DNA of 64,000 nucleotides from NCBI RefSeq assembly GCF_000281045.1, contig NW_008246073.1, positions 45,184 through 109,183 on the forward strand. The letters run 5' to 3'. Below, piece after piece: positions 11,711 to 24,700 of this stretch. The stretch comes from Saprolegnia diclina VS20. Lineage: Eukaryota. Under the pieces are notes generated by a model. The model made no database searches and was not told the origin of the DNA. It saw nothing but the letters and a program-made list of their open reading frames with translations. Within the stretch, counting starts at the first letter, position 1. The number at the start of each line of letters is the position of its first letter. The position numbers were made by a program, and so were the translations under genes.

Positions 11711-13296
11711 ATGGGCCCGAAGGCGACAACAACGTGGCTCTGCATCGCGGCGGCAATGGCACTACTCGCTTACTTGGTGGACCCGTCGGCAACCCGCGAA
11801 TGGCTACTATCGTCGACACTGCCCCACAAGCCCGTCACCGTCTACGCGAACGGCAAGTCCATAAACGGCGTCGCAGTGGCGCTCACACCGGCGCTCGTCC
11901 CGTCGGGCGACGCGCTCGCAGCATATCTCTCGACACTTGTCGAGGTCGAAGGCCTCGCCAACCATGCGACACCAGTGGTGGCCGACCGCGTGTACACGGG
12001 CAATGGCTACCTCGTTACCTCGTACGACGACATTGCCGCCGAGGACCGTCTCTACCTCGTGGCGCCAGGACTGCTCTTTGTATGGCCGTTTGTAAAACCC
12101 GGCCACCGCGTGTACATCGAGTCGACGCAGAGCCCGACGGACGCGCCGCTGATCCTCGAATCGTGGACTGAGTCTCCGCGCGTCTTTCACGTGCACCATT
12201 TTTTCTCCGAAGCCGACGCCGACGTTCTCATTCAGCAGGTGCTCGCCAAAGATGACGCGGACGATGTGGCCGAGCACGAAAAGCTGCGACCATCGACAGT
12301 TGGCTCGTCGGCCGAAGGCGTGCGCCGGTCAACGCGCCGGACGAGCGAGAACGCGTTCGACTCGACGTCTCCGGCGGCGATCGCCTTTCGGAAGCGGTCG
12401 TTCGACTTGCTGCGTGCCGGGAAATACGACCCCGAGATGTGCGACGGCGTCCAGATCCTACGCTATGGCCCCAAGCAGGCGTACGTGCCGCACACCGACT
12501 ACTTTTCCAAGGCGCCCAACGACGCGTGGAACCCGAATCCGCACTCAGGGGGGACCAACCGGTGCGCCTTTCTCACTTTGCACTATTTTGAGCCGCGTCA
12601 AATGTAGATTTGCGACCATCTTTCTCTACCTCTCCAACGTCACGCGGGGCGGCCAGACCGTCTTTCCCAACGCAGAGATGCCCGAGGGTTTTGCCCATCC
12701 ACAAGCGGAGACGCACGGAATTGAAACCCTCGCGTCGTCGCTTTTCGAGGCTGGGTCCTGGGAGCACGACATGACGCTCAAGTGCCACTCGCAGTACGTC
12801 AGTTTCTGCACCGCGTCCTCTCAAGTCGTCCATAGACTGGCTTCGTACCCCCGAAAGGCCCATGCAATCCTCTTCTACAGCCAAAAACCCAACGGCGAGC
12901 TTGACCCGGCTTCGTTCCACGGAGGGTGCCCCGTCCTTGACGGCACCAAGTGGTAATACGTACGCCGCGACAAAACTAAACGACGGCATGTAGGGGCGCC
13001 AACCTCTGGGTCTGGAACAAGAAGCGACACGTGGCGCCGCGCCCGCGCATTTCGGTTCGGTTCGAAAACCCCACGGACGCGCCAGTCGACTTGTACTGGC
13101 GGTCCAAGCTCATGAAGACGCTGGGTCCGCGCCAACACCATGTCTACAACACGCATGCCACGCATGTCTGGGTACGCCTTGGCGCCATCTTCTTGCTTGA
13201 CACTGCTGGTTGTAGACGATCAAGGACAGCGTCACGGGCGCCGTCTTGCTCGAGACCGTCATTGACGACGCGGCCGACCAAGTTGTCGCTCTCTAA
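11711..13296 (+). CDS. Prolyl 4-hydroxylase-like 2OG-Fe(II) oxygenase with N-terminal signal anchor, DCX-like segment and C-terminal VHL-beta-like domain
   Basis: PRVFHVHHFFS, RTSENAF, QILRY, HTD (HxD), RFATIFLYLSNV..GGQT.FP, AILFYS and HGGCPV..GTKW motifs. Short introns. Stop at 13294-13296. Confidence 0.9.
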
Positions 13297-13464
13297 GAAG
13301 TTTGACACGCTTGCGTTTTGTCCGCTTGGTCTTGTTGAACCTTTGCAGAGATAATGGGTAAGTGACCGCGGTGAGATTCAACGACCATACGGGTGGGGCG
13401 CCTTGAGGTGCCTTGGTGACGACGAGGACGAGGTGCTATCCTACTTGCTGTATGATCGCCCTAA

Positions 13465-15126
13465 TTACATGCTAAACATATCCAGGCCGGCCTCTTCTTC
13501 TAACGCGACGGGTTTTGGCTCCTTGCAGGTGGGTCGTGCGCGCTCGGCTTGGACGGCGTGCCACTGCGCGGCGGCCTCGTCGGCGCGCCATCCAAAGTAG
13601 ATGACGATCGCAGACAAGTTGTCTTTGCTTTGGGCCGCGTACGCACGCTTGACGATGGCATCGGCGGCGCGCTTGGGGTGGCCAAAGTGCTCGAGACCAA
13701 TGTCCACGACGTCTTGGTTGCTCAAGACGTCCCAGATCCCGTCGCACGCAAGCACGAGAAATGTGTCGCGCGGCTCGATGCTCACGACGCGGACTTCCGG
13801 GTCGGCGCACACAATGTTGGACGGTACTTTGAGTGCTCGGTCGCCAAACGACCGCGATACCGAGAGGTACGTAGTTCGCTCCCGGCTGCTTAAAGACACG
13901 CCGGCGCCGGCCGCAGAGCAGACGCGCGAGATGCCTTGAACGGTTCCGACGTAGCCGCCCGCACGCTTGATCCGCGCCGCTTCGTCTGGTCGACTCGGTT
14001 TGTGGTCTTGGGTGAGCGCCAAGGCCTTGCCGTCGCGACAGAGGACGGCGCGGCAGTCACCGACGTTGGCCAAAACAAGGCGAAGACACTCGTGTCGGAA
14101 CCCTGCAAACCACGCGACGAGGCCCGTGCTGCCGTCGTCGAGCTGCTTCCGGAGGAGCTCAGCGTCCGAGAAGAGGAAGCCCTCGATCATTGCCTTCTGG
14201 AAGAGCTCTTTCTCAAAGCACTGAGAATATACGCGCTCGACCTTGGCTGCGCGCTCGACTTGCGCGCGCTCGGCGAGCTCGAGCGCCGACCGGCCATCGG
14301 CGAGCGTCTGGAGCACATCTTGGTACACGGACGGCATCAAGCTGATCTCGTACATGTCCATCTTCTTGTTGGACTCAAGGAGCTCTTCCAGTTGTTCTTG
14401 CTGGTACTGCAAGACCTCCGTCTTGCGCTTCAACTCCTTCAGCCGGTCCGCATGCTTCCCACTAAGCAGTTCCTTGATCTGCGTCTCGGGCAACCCGCGC
14501 TGGCGCATGCTGGCCGACACGTTTTTCAAGAGGTTGCGCATGACAAAGTCGGCCGACGCGGACCCGCTGTGACCGTCAAAGATCGCAAACGCAGGTCCTG
14601 GTAGCATGTCGAGCATGTGTGCGACGCGGTCTTCGTTCGTTGGCTTGGCGCCTTGCCACGACTCGGACGCATGTAGGAGGTCGTTTGAAATGCTCAAGTC
14701 GGCGGCTCCCGGGCGCAGTCGCTTCTCCATCTGCGCCAGCGTCTCGTCGCCGTCGTCTTGTGACTTCTCCTCGGGTTCATCGTCGTCATCGTTGCCACCT
14801 TCGTCTTCGGCGTCGTCCGAGGCCGTCGCGAACCATTCGTCTTCGCGCTTCTTGCCCTTCTGATGCTGCTGCTGTCGTCGCCGCTTCCTCGTCGCCGGGC
14901 GCTGCGGTGACCGCGATCGTGACCGGCTTCGGCGCGGCGCCCGCTCGTACGGGTGTCGTCGGTGCGCATGTGATCGTTTGTGACGATGGACATGGCCGTT
15001 CTCGCCGCTTCGCCCACGCTTGCGGTCGCCATGCTGCGCTTCCGAGATGAAGGTACATGCGTCGAGGTCGGTCTGGCGAAGATCGGTCTCCGCGGCCGGC
15101 GGCCGATCCGAGCACTTGGACGCCAT
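13465..15126 (-). CDS. PP2C/PPM phosphatase with RS/basic-acidic N-terminus and coiled-coil insert
   Basis: NED, AIFDGHSG, DGSTG, ANVGDCRAV, DHKP, VSRSFGD, LACDGIWDV and DNLS motifs in a 553-aa intronless ORF. Confidence 0.93.
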   Translation of the reverse strand: MASKCSDRPPAAETDLRQTDLDACTFISEAQHGDRKRGRSGENGHVHRHKRSHAHRRHPYERAPRRSRSRSRSPQRPATRKRRRQQQHQKGKKREDEWFATASDDAEDEGGNDDDDEPEEKSQDDGDETLAQMEKRLRPGAADLSISNDLLHASESWQGAKPTNEDRVAHMLDMLPGPAFAIFDGHSGSASADFVMRNLLKNVSASMRQRGLPETQIKELLSGKHADRLKELKRKTEVLQYQQEQLEELLESNKKMDMYEISLMPSVYQDVLQTLADGRSALELAERAQVERAAKVERVYSQCFEKELFQKAMIEGFLFSDAELLRKQLDDGSTGLVAWFAGFRHECLRLVLANVGDCRAVLCRDGKALALTQDHKPSRPDEAARIKRAGGYVGTVQGISRVCSAAGAGVSLSSRERTTYLSVSRSFGDRALKVPSNIVCADPEVRVVSIEPRDTFLVLACDGIWDVLSNQDVVDIGLEHFGHPKRAADAIVKRAYAAQSKDNLSAIVIYFGWRADEAAAQWHAVQAERARPTCKEPKPVALEEEAGLDMFSM

Positions 15127-15728
15127 TTGGCAAATGAGCTCTCGTTTCAGGTCGCTTTTTATCCGGATTCCGAATTATCCGGACGAATCATAGTTTTATT
15201 GCTGGTTCGTGCAACTCTACAAACTTGCACTGGCACTTTGTATGGACGCGCTTCAACGATGCAAAAAAATACACGCAGCGGGTTTTCCATGGTTTTATTT
15301 CACACTAATTTCGCTCTTCTTCGGCCGACAGACCAACCGGGTTGGCCAGCCACCCGTCGCCGACGTCGCCAGCGTCGACGTCCGAGGGCGTCCTTGTCCG
15401 AGCTGGCCCGCGATATGGGCTACGCAAGGCCAAGCGTCCTACGCGCTCTCTATCGGTAGGCTACTGCTCATGAGGGTGCCGGTAGCATGGCCAGTTGGAT
15501 GCTCGTTCGGTTGCACCGAAGAGCGATTACACATCTGAGTCGGAAGGCGCGTTGTGGATGCAAGAGTAGCAGCCGATAGACGGCAGGCTCGATGGAGAGA
15601 TGGTCGCAGGGTGGAGATGGACCGCCAATCTCGACGTTCCACGAATCAATGTATGCGTGCTCTCGAGCAACTCAGTCAAACGGGCTGCGAGCAGCAACAT
15701 GTCGTGTTTGTGCTGGTGTCTACAGCGC

Positions 15729-16427
15729 TCACATCTTTTCCACAAAGAGACCTGTCTCGCTCGACACCTTGACTGCGTCGCCGGCTTCAATGTTGCCCGG
15801 CACTTGGATCGTACTGCCGTTGGTCAAAGTCGCCTCCTTGTTGTCCACGCCAAGCGTGACGATCGACTGTGCATACATAAGTAAGTGCGTCACGACCATG
15901 CGACGGATTGCACGTAGTACCTCGACGTTGAGCGTAACAAAGTCGGGCATGGTGAGCCAAAGCGGGACGCCCTCGACAATCTGCAGCGCCACGGTCATGC
16001 CTTCGTTCAAGACAATCATCTGCTTGTCGTTGAGGAGCTCCGTCGACACTTCAATCTAAAGCAGCGAGCGAGGTGAGCGGCGCCGCCAGCGATGCACGCG
16101 CACCTGCTCAAAGGTCTCGGGCTGCATGAGCACGAGCTTGCTGCCGTCTTGGTACAAGAACTGGAACGGCTGGTCCTTCGTGAGCGGCGCCTTCTTGACG
16201 CTCTCGGAGGACCGGAAGCGGCGGTTGATCTTGGTGCCCGTCACAATGTCGCGGAGCTCCGCCTGCATGTAGGCAACACCCTTGCCCGGCTTGACCGACT
16301 GGCTCTTCACGACGCGGTACAGCTTGCCTTCGATCTCGACAGCGACGCCCGGGCGCACCTGGTTGCCGCTGATGTGGCTGTGGCGCGTCAGCGGCCGCGC
16401 CAGCGTCAAGCACGCGCGACGAAACAT
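15729..16427 (-). CDS. efp: Translation elongation factor P, probably mitochondrial
   Basis: KPGKG loop, FLYQDG..LVLMQPETFEQ and KEATLTNG..IQVP. Arg-rich acid-free N-terminal presequence. Introns 16103-16056 and 15920-15867. Confidence 0.9.
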
Positions 16428-16800
16428 GTTGGTTTTTGACCATCGGTGCACTTTCCGGTGGCGCCGGATAAACCACCGGAATTACCCAGGAGGTTTGCCC
16501 CAATGTCCCAAGAACGCGTGAGAGCTCGAGCTTGTCGTGCGGTGCGAGTGGAGCGACCAATCGATCGATCTACCCTCGCGATGACCGTCCCGACACAACG
16601 CATGCACATGTAGTGGCATAGTACGCTGTTTGCTTGACGTTGCTGCCGAGCATCTCGACAAGGTGCAGGGTTGTCGCTGCAGTTGAGACTAACCGGTTCT
16701 GCCCACAATATTTTGCCCATATCCCACGTGGGACATTTGGGACAAATGCCCCGTCGACGTTGCGTGTTTGTAGTCACGTGCAAACTGGATCGGAATTGCC

Positions 16801-18361
<1,561 letters not shown>

Positions 18362-18381
18362 CGCAACAAGATGTGTTTGGA

Positions 18382-19682
18382 TTACGAATCGCTCCGTTGG
18401 TTGGTCACCTCTTGCCGCAGTCGCTGGGGCAGCGATGCTGGCTGCAGTGCGACGCGATCGAGCTTGGCTTTGGCACGGCGAAAGGCCGACATCACTTTTG
18501 GCGCTGTCGACTTGGCCACTGCATTGTTCGACTGCTGGTTGCTACAACTATGAGGGAAGAGCGTGTCGTTTTTGTACACGCGGAAGGGCTCGATGGGCAG
18601 TCCCACGAGCTTGGCGCCGCGCTTGTGCTGCACATGGTCGCGGTACGTGGCGAGTAGCGTCCGCTGCAGATGCCGAGCATGTGCGCTCCGCGTCTTCTCC
18701 GTGTAAATCGTGTAATAGTCGGCGAGGCACGCGTCGCGGCTGGGCACGGGCGCGGGGCGGCGCCGGCGGTCGGCGTGCATGCGGGCGAGGCGCTGAATCC
18801 GCACCGCGGGCGCCATGCGGCTGCTGCGATGCCAGCCCAGCTGCCGCTTGAGCTCGAGGTACGCGACGCGGGTCGTGAGCCCCCGCCATGCGGCTTGGAT
18901 CCGTGCAACGAGGCAGTTCTCGCGCGCCAAGACGCGCCGCGCGACCTCTTTGACGTTGGCCTCGACGCGGTAGAGCGGTGGCCGGTTGCCCGTCCGGCGC
19001 ACAAACTCGCGGTAGTCGGTGGAAAAGACTGCGAGCTCGGCGGCGTTTTCATACCAAAAGATCCGGCCCATGTTGGGCTGGTTGGTCGTTGCAAACGCAT
19101 ACACTGACTTGTGTGTGTTCTACTCGCACACTCATGGAGGCGAAGGACAAGGTCGATAGCGTACGAGGATGACGGCAATGCATTGCTCGACGCGGTATCG
19201 GGTCCGTGCCTCGACGCCTCGGATCCGCCGTTGGATGCAGGCGGCGGCGCGAAAGATCTTGCGCTCGTACTCGAGCTTGGCCTGGCGCCGCGCCTTGGCC
19301 TCCTTTCGCCCGAGGTACCCGCGCGCGACGCGCTACATGCCATTAGCTTGGATCGCGATCGCATGATACGAGCAAGTACCTGAATGTGGATGGCCGCGGG
19401 CTCGCGCTGCTTTTCGTGGCCGTCGTCGAGCAGCGTCTTGTGCTCGATCTCGGCGGCCAAACTGGCGACGCCCGGGCGCAGAAAGATCGTGCGCCCGCAG
19501 CCGACACACGGTACGAGCCGCTCGTAGTCGCCGATGCGGTGCAGATCGTTGCGGATGCCTTGGATTTGGGCGACGTCGATAAAGTTGAGACTGTTGCACT
19601 GCCCGCACGTCAAGTACGGCGTCGCATACGCCGACAAGAGAAGACGGTCCAGGAACGCGAGGATGGTCTCGGCATCGGTCAT
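18382..19682 (-). CDS. IQ-motif (calmodulin-binding) protein with N-terminal CxxC pairs
   Basis: IQ/RVARGYLGR, IQRRIRG, IQAAWRG and IQRLAR motifs across exons. CGQC and CVGC near the N-terminus. Confidence 0.7.
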
Positions 19683-20181
19683 GACGAAACGCACCACAGA
19701 ACCAAACTAAAAGAATTGCTTTTCCGAGGATCGAACCGCCGCCATGAGCGCCTCGGGGCCTTGGTGACGATGGCGCCAACGACTTGACACGTCAAAATGA
19801 TGTAATAGTTCATTGGTACCGGTACAAGCGTCCGGGTATATGTACCGTACGAGGTCAAAATACCCAGGAGAGGACGAAGACGACGGCCGGCCTGTCCTTT
19901 CTCTGGCTTACGTAAGCATTCGCGAGGCCACACTTGCTGGTATGCGAGCATGGGGATGACCAAGAAGGTCGTGATCATGTCACTCTCAGCCCACTGCGGC
20001 GCTCCCAATGTTGCACTTGCTTCGTCGGTTGCGTTGTTACAGTCGGCGGAGATCCCGATCTTTATGCAGTCGCACGTGGCAAGCTGCCCAAACGTTCCTT
20101 TCTCGCACCGGCGGCGCTCAACCGACGACGACGTTGGCAACTCGTTGATTCTCTGGACATTTCGACACTCCTTTGCGACCG

Positions 20182-21570
20182 ATGCTCGACCGCCTCGACA
20201 GTGGCCCGCTACTCGCGGTCGCCTCGTTCGTGCAGGAGCCAGCGCAGGTGGCCGCGCTCTTGCACGCATGTCCGACGCTGAGCCCGAGTCTCGTGTGCCT
20301 GCGCGAGCTTGCGACGATGTTGCCGCCCAGCGACGTCTGGCCGGACTTGTGCTTGCGCAAGTCGGGACTGCCGACGTCAGTGCTGGCGCCTCTCTTGCAT
20401 GGCAGCATCGGGCTCTATCGCAGCGTCAAAGTCTACGACCTCGGACTGACGGATATGGTGGCGGCGGCCGCGCTACCGAGCACGCGGATACTCGTGTACG
20501 ATACTGCTGCCCCTAGCAACTACCATCTCGTGGCGCTGCAGACGTTCGCGAATCACCTCACGTCCAGCTACTTGAATCTCCAGAGCTTTTCACCCACTAA
20601 AGTCGTCGCGGCCGCGGCAGCGCTCCGCCAGTGCCATAACCTCACGCACTTCAAGCTCGCGTGGACATCGCCAACGAACGCTGTGCCCGTGCTTGCAGCA
20701 CTTCCGAAGCTCACCCGCTTCACACTCGGGTATACGCATTTGCTGCACCAACCCATGCGCCTGACAACAGCGGACGAAGTGCAGCTGGCGACGTGGGTGA
20801 CGGCGCAAAGCGCTCAAGAGCTCGAGATTGCTGGTGTAGCACCGACGTCTGGCGTCTTTCCCACGGCGTTGCAGCTCGCACACAGCCTCGAGGCGCTTCT
20901 CGTCACGAACGCGCCAGAAATGTGCGTCGTCCTCTTGAACGGCGCGCCTCTGCCGCGAGGCCTACGTCGGCTTGAGCTCCACTGCACGGGGCTCAAGGCC
21001 GCCGACATGCCCAACCTCAGTCTCGCTTTGGACGGCGCCCCCCAGCTCCAGACACTCCGTCTCTCCAACAACTACCTTGGCGTTATGGGGATGCGACTGC
21101 TCGCGCCGCGCCTCGAACGCCTCTGTAGCCTGACGCACCTGATGCTGGCCTCGACGTTTCTGATGGATGAAGGCTGCCACTGGGTTGCCGCCAGCCTCCG
21201 CCACATGCCGCGTCTGCGGTGCCTCGACGTCTCGATGAACTTTATCGGCAACGCGGGGGCGACCGCGCTCGCGAGTGGCCTCCCAAATACGCTGACGCAC
21301 TTGACGCTCAAGCTCAACCGACTCGGCGACGACGGCCTCGACGCGCTGGTCCGTGCTGGCATCCACTCGCTCACGCAGCTCGACGTGTCCAACACGCTCG
21401 TGACGACGGCGGGCGCGCAAAAGATCGTGCGTGCGCTGCCTGGCTCGCGCCTCCGCGTCAACCTCAGCCGCGTCGACATGACGATTGCGGACGTGGCCCT
21501 GTGCCAGCGCCAGGCGGGCGCGATCGGCGTGGCGGGCCGCGTGACGCTAGCACCCAAAGACCGCCCGTAG
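20182..21570 (+). CDS. RNI-like leucine-rich repeat protein with F-box-like N-terminus
   Basis: LQTLRLSNNYLG, LTHLMLAST, LRCLDVSMNFIGNAGA and LTHLTLKLNRLGDDG repeats. Intronless. Confidence 0.85.
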   Translation: MLDRLDSGPLLAVASFVQEPAQVAALLHACPTLSPSLVCLRELATMLPPSDVWPDLCLRKSGLPTSVLAPLLHGSIGLYRSVKVYDLGLTDMVAAAALPSTRILVYDTAAPSNYHLVALQTFANHLTSSYLNLQSFSPTKVVAAAAALRQCHNLTHFKLAWTSPTNAVPVLAALPKLTRFTLGYTHLLHQPMRLTTADEVQLATWVTAQSAQELEIAGVAPTSGVFPTALQLAHSLEALLVTNAPEMCVVLLNGAPLPRGLRRLELHCTGLKAADMPNLSLALDGAPQLQTLRLSNNYLGVMGMRLLAPRLERLCSLTHLMLASTFLMDEGCHWVAASLRHMPRLRCLDVSMNFIGNAGATALASGLPNTLTHLTLKLNRLGDDGLDALVRAGIHSLTQLDVSNTLVTTAGAQKIVRALPGSRLRVNLSRVDMTIADVALCQRQAGAIGVAGRVTLAPKDRP

Positions 21571-21705
21571 CTTACTTATGTAGTAATAGCAGCCCATGAC
21601 ACGGAAAGGCCAGATTGCAGTTGGGTGGTTTTAGACGTGCGTGCTGGACATCAAAGATCTGGCTCGCGATCTTGCAGAAGTCGAAGCGACGCATAATCAT
21701 CTCGG

Positions 21706-24700
21706 ATGGCGCTGTTCTACGACTACTTGGTGGACCTGCCCGCCAACACGCGGCAGCTCTGCTCGGCGTGGAGCGAGAGCGAGTCCATCTTGGCCGTCGC
21801 GCTCGACAACCGCGAGGTTCATTTTTTCAGCGATGAGGTACGCTGTCCATGATGAGCAATGGGCTTAGCCTCGTAACGCAGGGCGAGAAACTCCAAGTGC
21901 CCGTCCATTCGCGCAAGGCCGACATCATGTCGATCGCGTGGCAGCCGCGGGGCACGGCCCTCGCCGTCGCATGGGGCGACGGTACGTCACTGTCGCTTGC
22001 CTATAAGCGCCTATGCTCGGCTATACTAGGCATGGTGTCGCTCTGGATTCCCAAGGAGAATGCAGCGCGCGAAGTCAACTCGCCGCACACGACCCGCCTC
22101 ACACTGCTCAAATGGGCGCCGTACGGCAACCGCCTCGTCACGGGCGATGAGAACGGGATCCTCGCCGTCTGGAAGGTCGACGCGCGCAGCCAAATGATGC
22201 TCGCGACGCAGTACACGCGCCAAGGCAGCTTGACGCAGTGCGTCTTTTGTGTGTCGCCGCAAAAGCGCGAGAAGGAGGCCAAAGGGTAGATACATATATA
22301 CATGTGGTGCTCTTGGTGACGCTCTTGCTAGCGACGTGTCCTTCTCCGCGACAGCAGCGTGCCCGTCCTTCTTCTTCGGCGGCGACATTGGCTCGGTGCA
22401 CTACGCCGACGACTTGGGGCACATCTCGGACGTCCAAACGCTCAGCCACGCGATCGACTGCATGATGTTTTACGAAGAAAAGCACCGGTGCGGTCTCCAT
22501 CATTTTTATCGAGGTATCAAGTTGAGCTAGACTCGTGGTGATTACGCGCACGTCGCAACTCGTGCAGCTCCAGATCGCCTCGGATGGCACGGTCAAGCCC
22601 GTCATGAAGGGCAAGCTTAGCGTGTCGGCCGATACGGGGCTCAAGGAGGCCATTTGGGCCGGCCCCGGTACCCACGAGTACACTATCCGAGTTTGCTGTT
22701 TACGCAAGGACTAGGTCTCTTGGCGACGGCATCCAACGAGCAAGTGATTCGCTTTTGCGATCTCCAAAAAGAGGAAAACTTTGTTCTGAGTCTCGCAAGC
22801 GCGGGCTTGCCGTCGACGGACCGTGTGAGCGCACTCGACTTTAACCCGCGCAAGCGCATTCTCGCGGCCGGCACGAACGAAGGCAAAGTGGTCTTTTGGC
22901 GCTGCAACGGCCCAAAGGTCACGCAGTGGGCACTCCTCGCGCACGCCGACATGCGGCAGCCGGTGGTCAAGCTCGGGTGGAGTCCGCTCTCGTCGTACAT
23001 TTACGGCCACGCCCCTGTCGCCGGTGTCAGCATCTTCCACGAAGCCATTATGAACCGGTGCGTGAGCGGCGACACGGCCGTGATCCAGACACGACCAATG
23101 GCACTCTCGATTGAAAAGTTCTCGAATGGCACCGTGCTCCAAGCATCCTTAGACGCGTCGATTCGCATCAAGGGCCTCGCCCACGACGGCAACATGATCC
23201 TGGTCTGGAACGGCTCGAAAGCCGAGGTGTTTGAGCTCCAGAACGACCTGGAAGGCAAGCGGGCAGGCACGTTCAAGAGCAATGCGAGTGCGATGCAGCT
23301 GCGCGGCGACGCCGTCTACTTGACGCATGGCAACCACGTGCATGTGACCAACGCCAGCGGTACGATCAAGAACAAGCTGAGCTTCACCGAGGCCGAGGGC
23401 AAGCCGATGCTGCTCCACGTCAACAACAAGTTTCTCGCCGTCGGTACCGACACAGGACTCATTCGCGTCTTTGACCTCTCGCTGCGCGAGCCCAAGGCAT
23501 TTGGCAGCATGGGCAACATCATGGTACGTCGTGCTCGAGTGCTCATTTCTTATCGGTGAGATATGTAGAAAGGCCTTTCGGGCGTGAGTGAAAAGTCTAT
23601 GCTGCACTCGCTGAGCGTCAACTGTGACGGTACGCGCGTCGCCTTCCTCGTCGACGCGGTCGAGGGCACGTTACGTGTTCGCATTCCGCACACCAAAGTG
23701 TACCTCTTCAATACGGACCTCAACGTGTTTCAGTCGTACGACTGCGGACCAGTGCGGTACCCAGTCGCCCACTTTTGGGACCCGCAGGAGCCGCGGCTCG
23801 TGGCGTGCGAAACCTTCCACGTACTCGACTCGATGACACGTCAACAGGATTGAAAATTCATTTACGTAGGCCAAACACGACGAGCAGAGTAGCGCCAAGT
23901 CGAGTGGCGCGAGGGACGACGTCGCGCCGCCCAAGAGCGACGGTGAGAGCAGCGCGGATGTGACGCGCCTCGCGTCCTCGGCCGAGAAGGAGATTCTGAT
24001 CCTCTTTGCGTCCAACGAGCGCGGTCTCTTGATGCAAGACAACTTTGACCTGGACGCCAAGTACTCGGCGCTGCTCGGCATGCACGTCCCCCGTCTCTAC
24101 TTGAGTTCCAACCAGGATGGCCGCGAGGCAAAAGACGGCGATGGGCCCGTCGCGCTGCTGCGGTCCAAGATCATGCGCGATTTCGTCGGCCTCGACCGAG
24201 TCGACGAGCCAACGCGCCAAGCGCTCATCGACTTTTCGTACTTTATGACGATCGGCAACATGGACGAAGCGTACCGGTCCGTCAAGCTCATCCAGAACAC
24301 GTCTGTGTGGGAAAACATGGCGCACATGTGCGTCAAGACCAAGCGCCTCGACGTCGCGCAAGTGTGCCTCGGCCACATGGGTCATGCGCGCGGGGCGGCG
24401 GCGGTCGATGCAGCCGCCCGCCCAACGGCGCCGGTGGAAGTGCCTATTGCCATGGTGGCCATCCAGCTTGGGCTCCTTGACGACGCGGCGCGGCTTTACA
24501 AGGAGTCGAACCGGTTCGATTTGCTCAACAAGCTGTATCAAGCCGCGGGGTTTTGGTCGAAAGCAATTGAAGTTGCGACCAAGCGCGACCGCATCCATCT
24601 CAAGAGCACGCACTTTGCGTATGCCAAGCACCTCGAGGACGAAGGCAACCTCAAGGACGCGATGCGGCACTTTGAGCTTGCGGGCACGGCCGCCAAAGAC

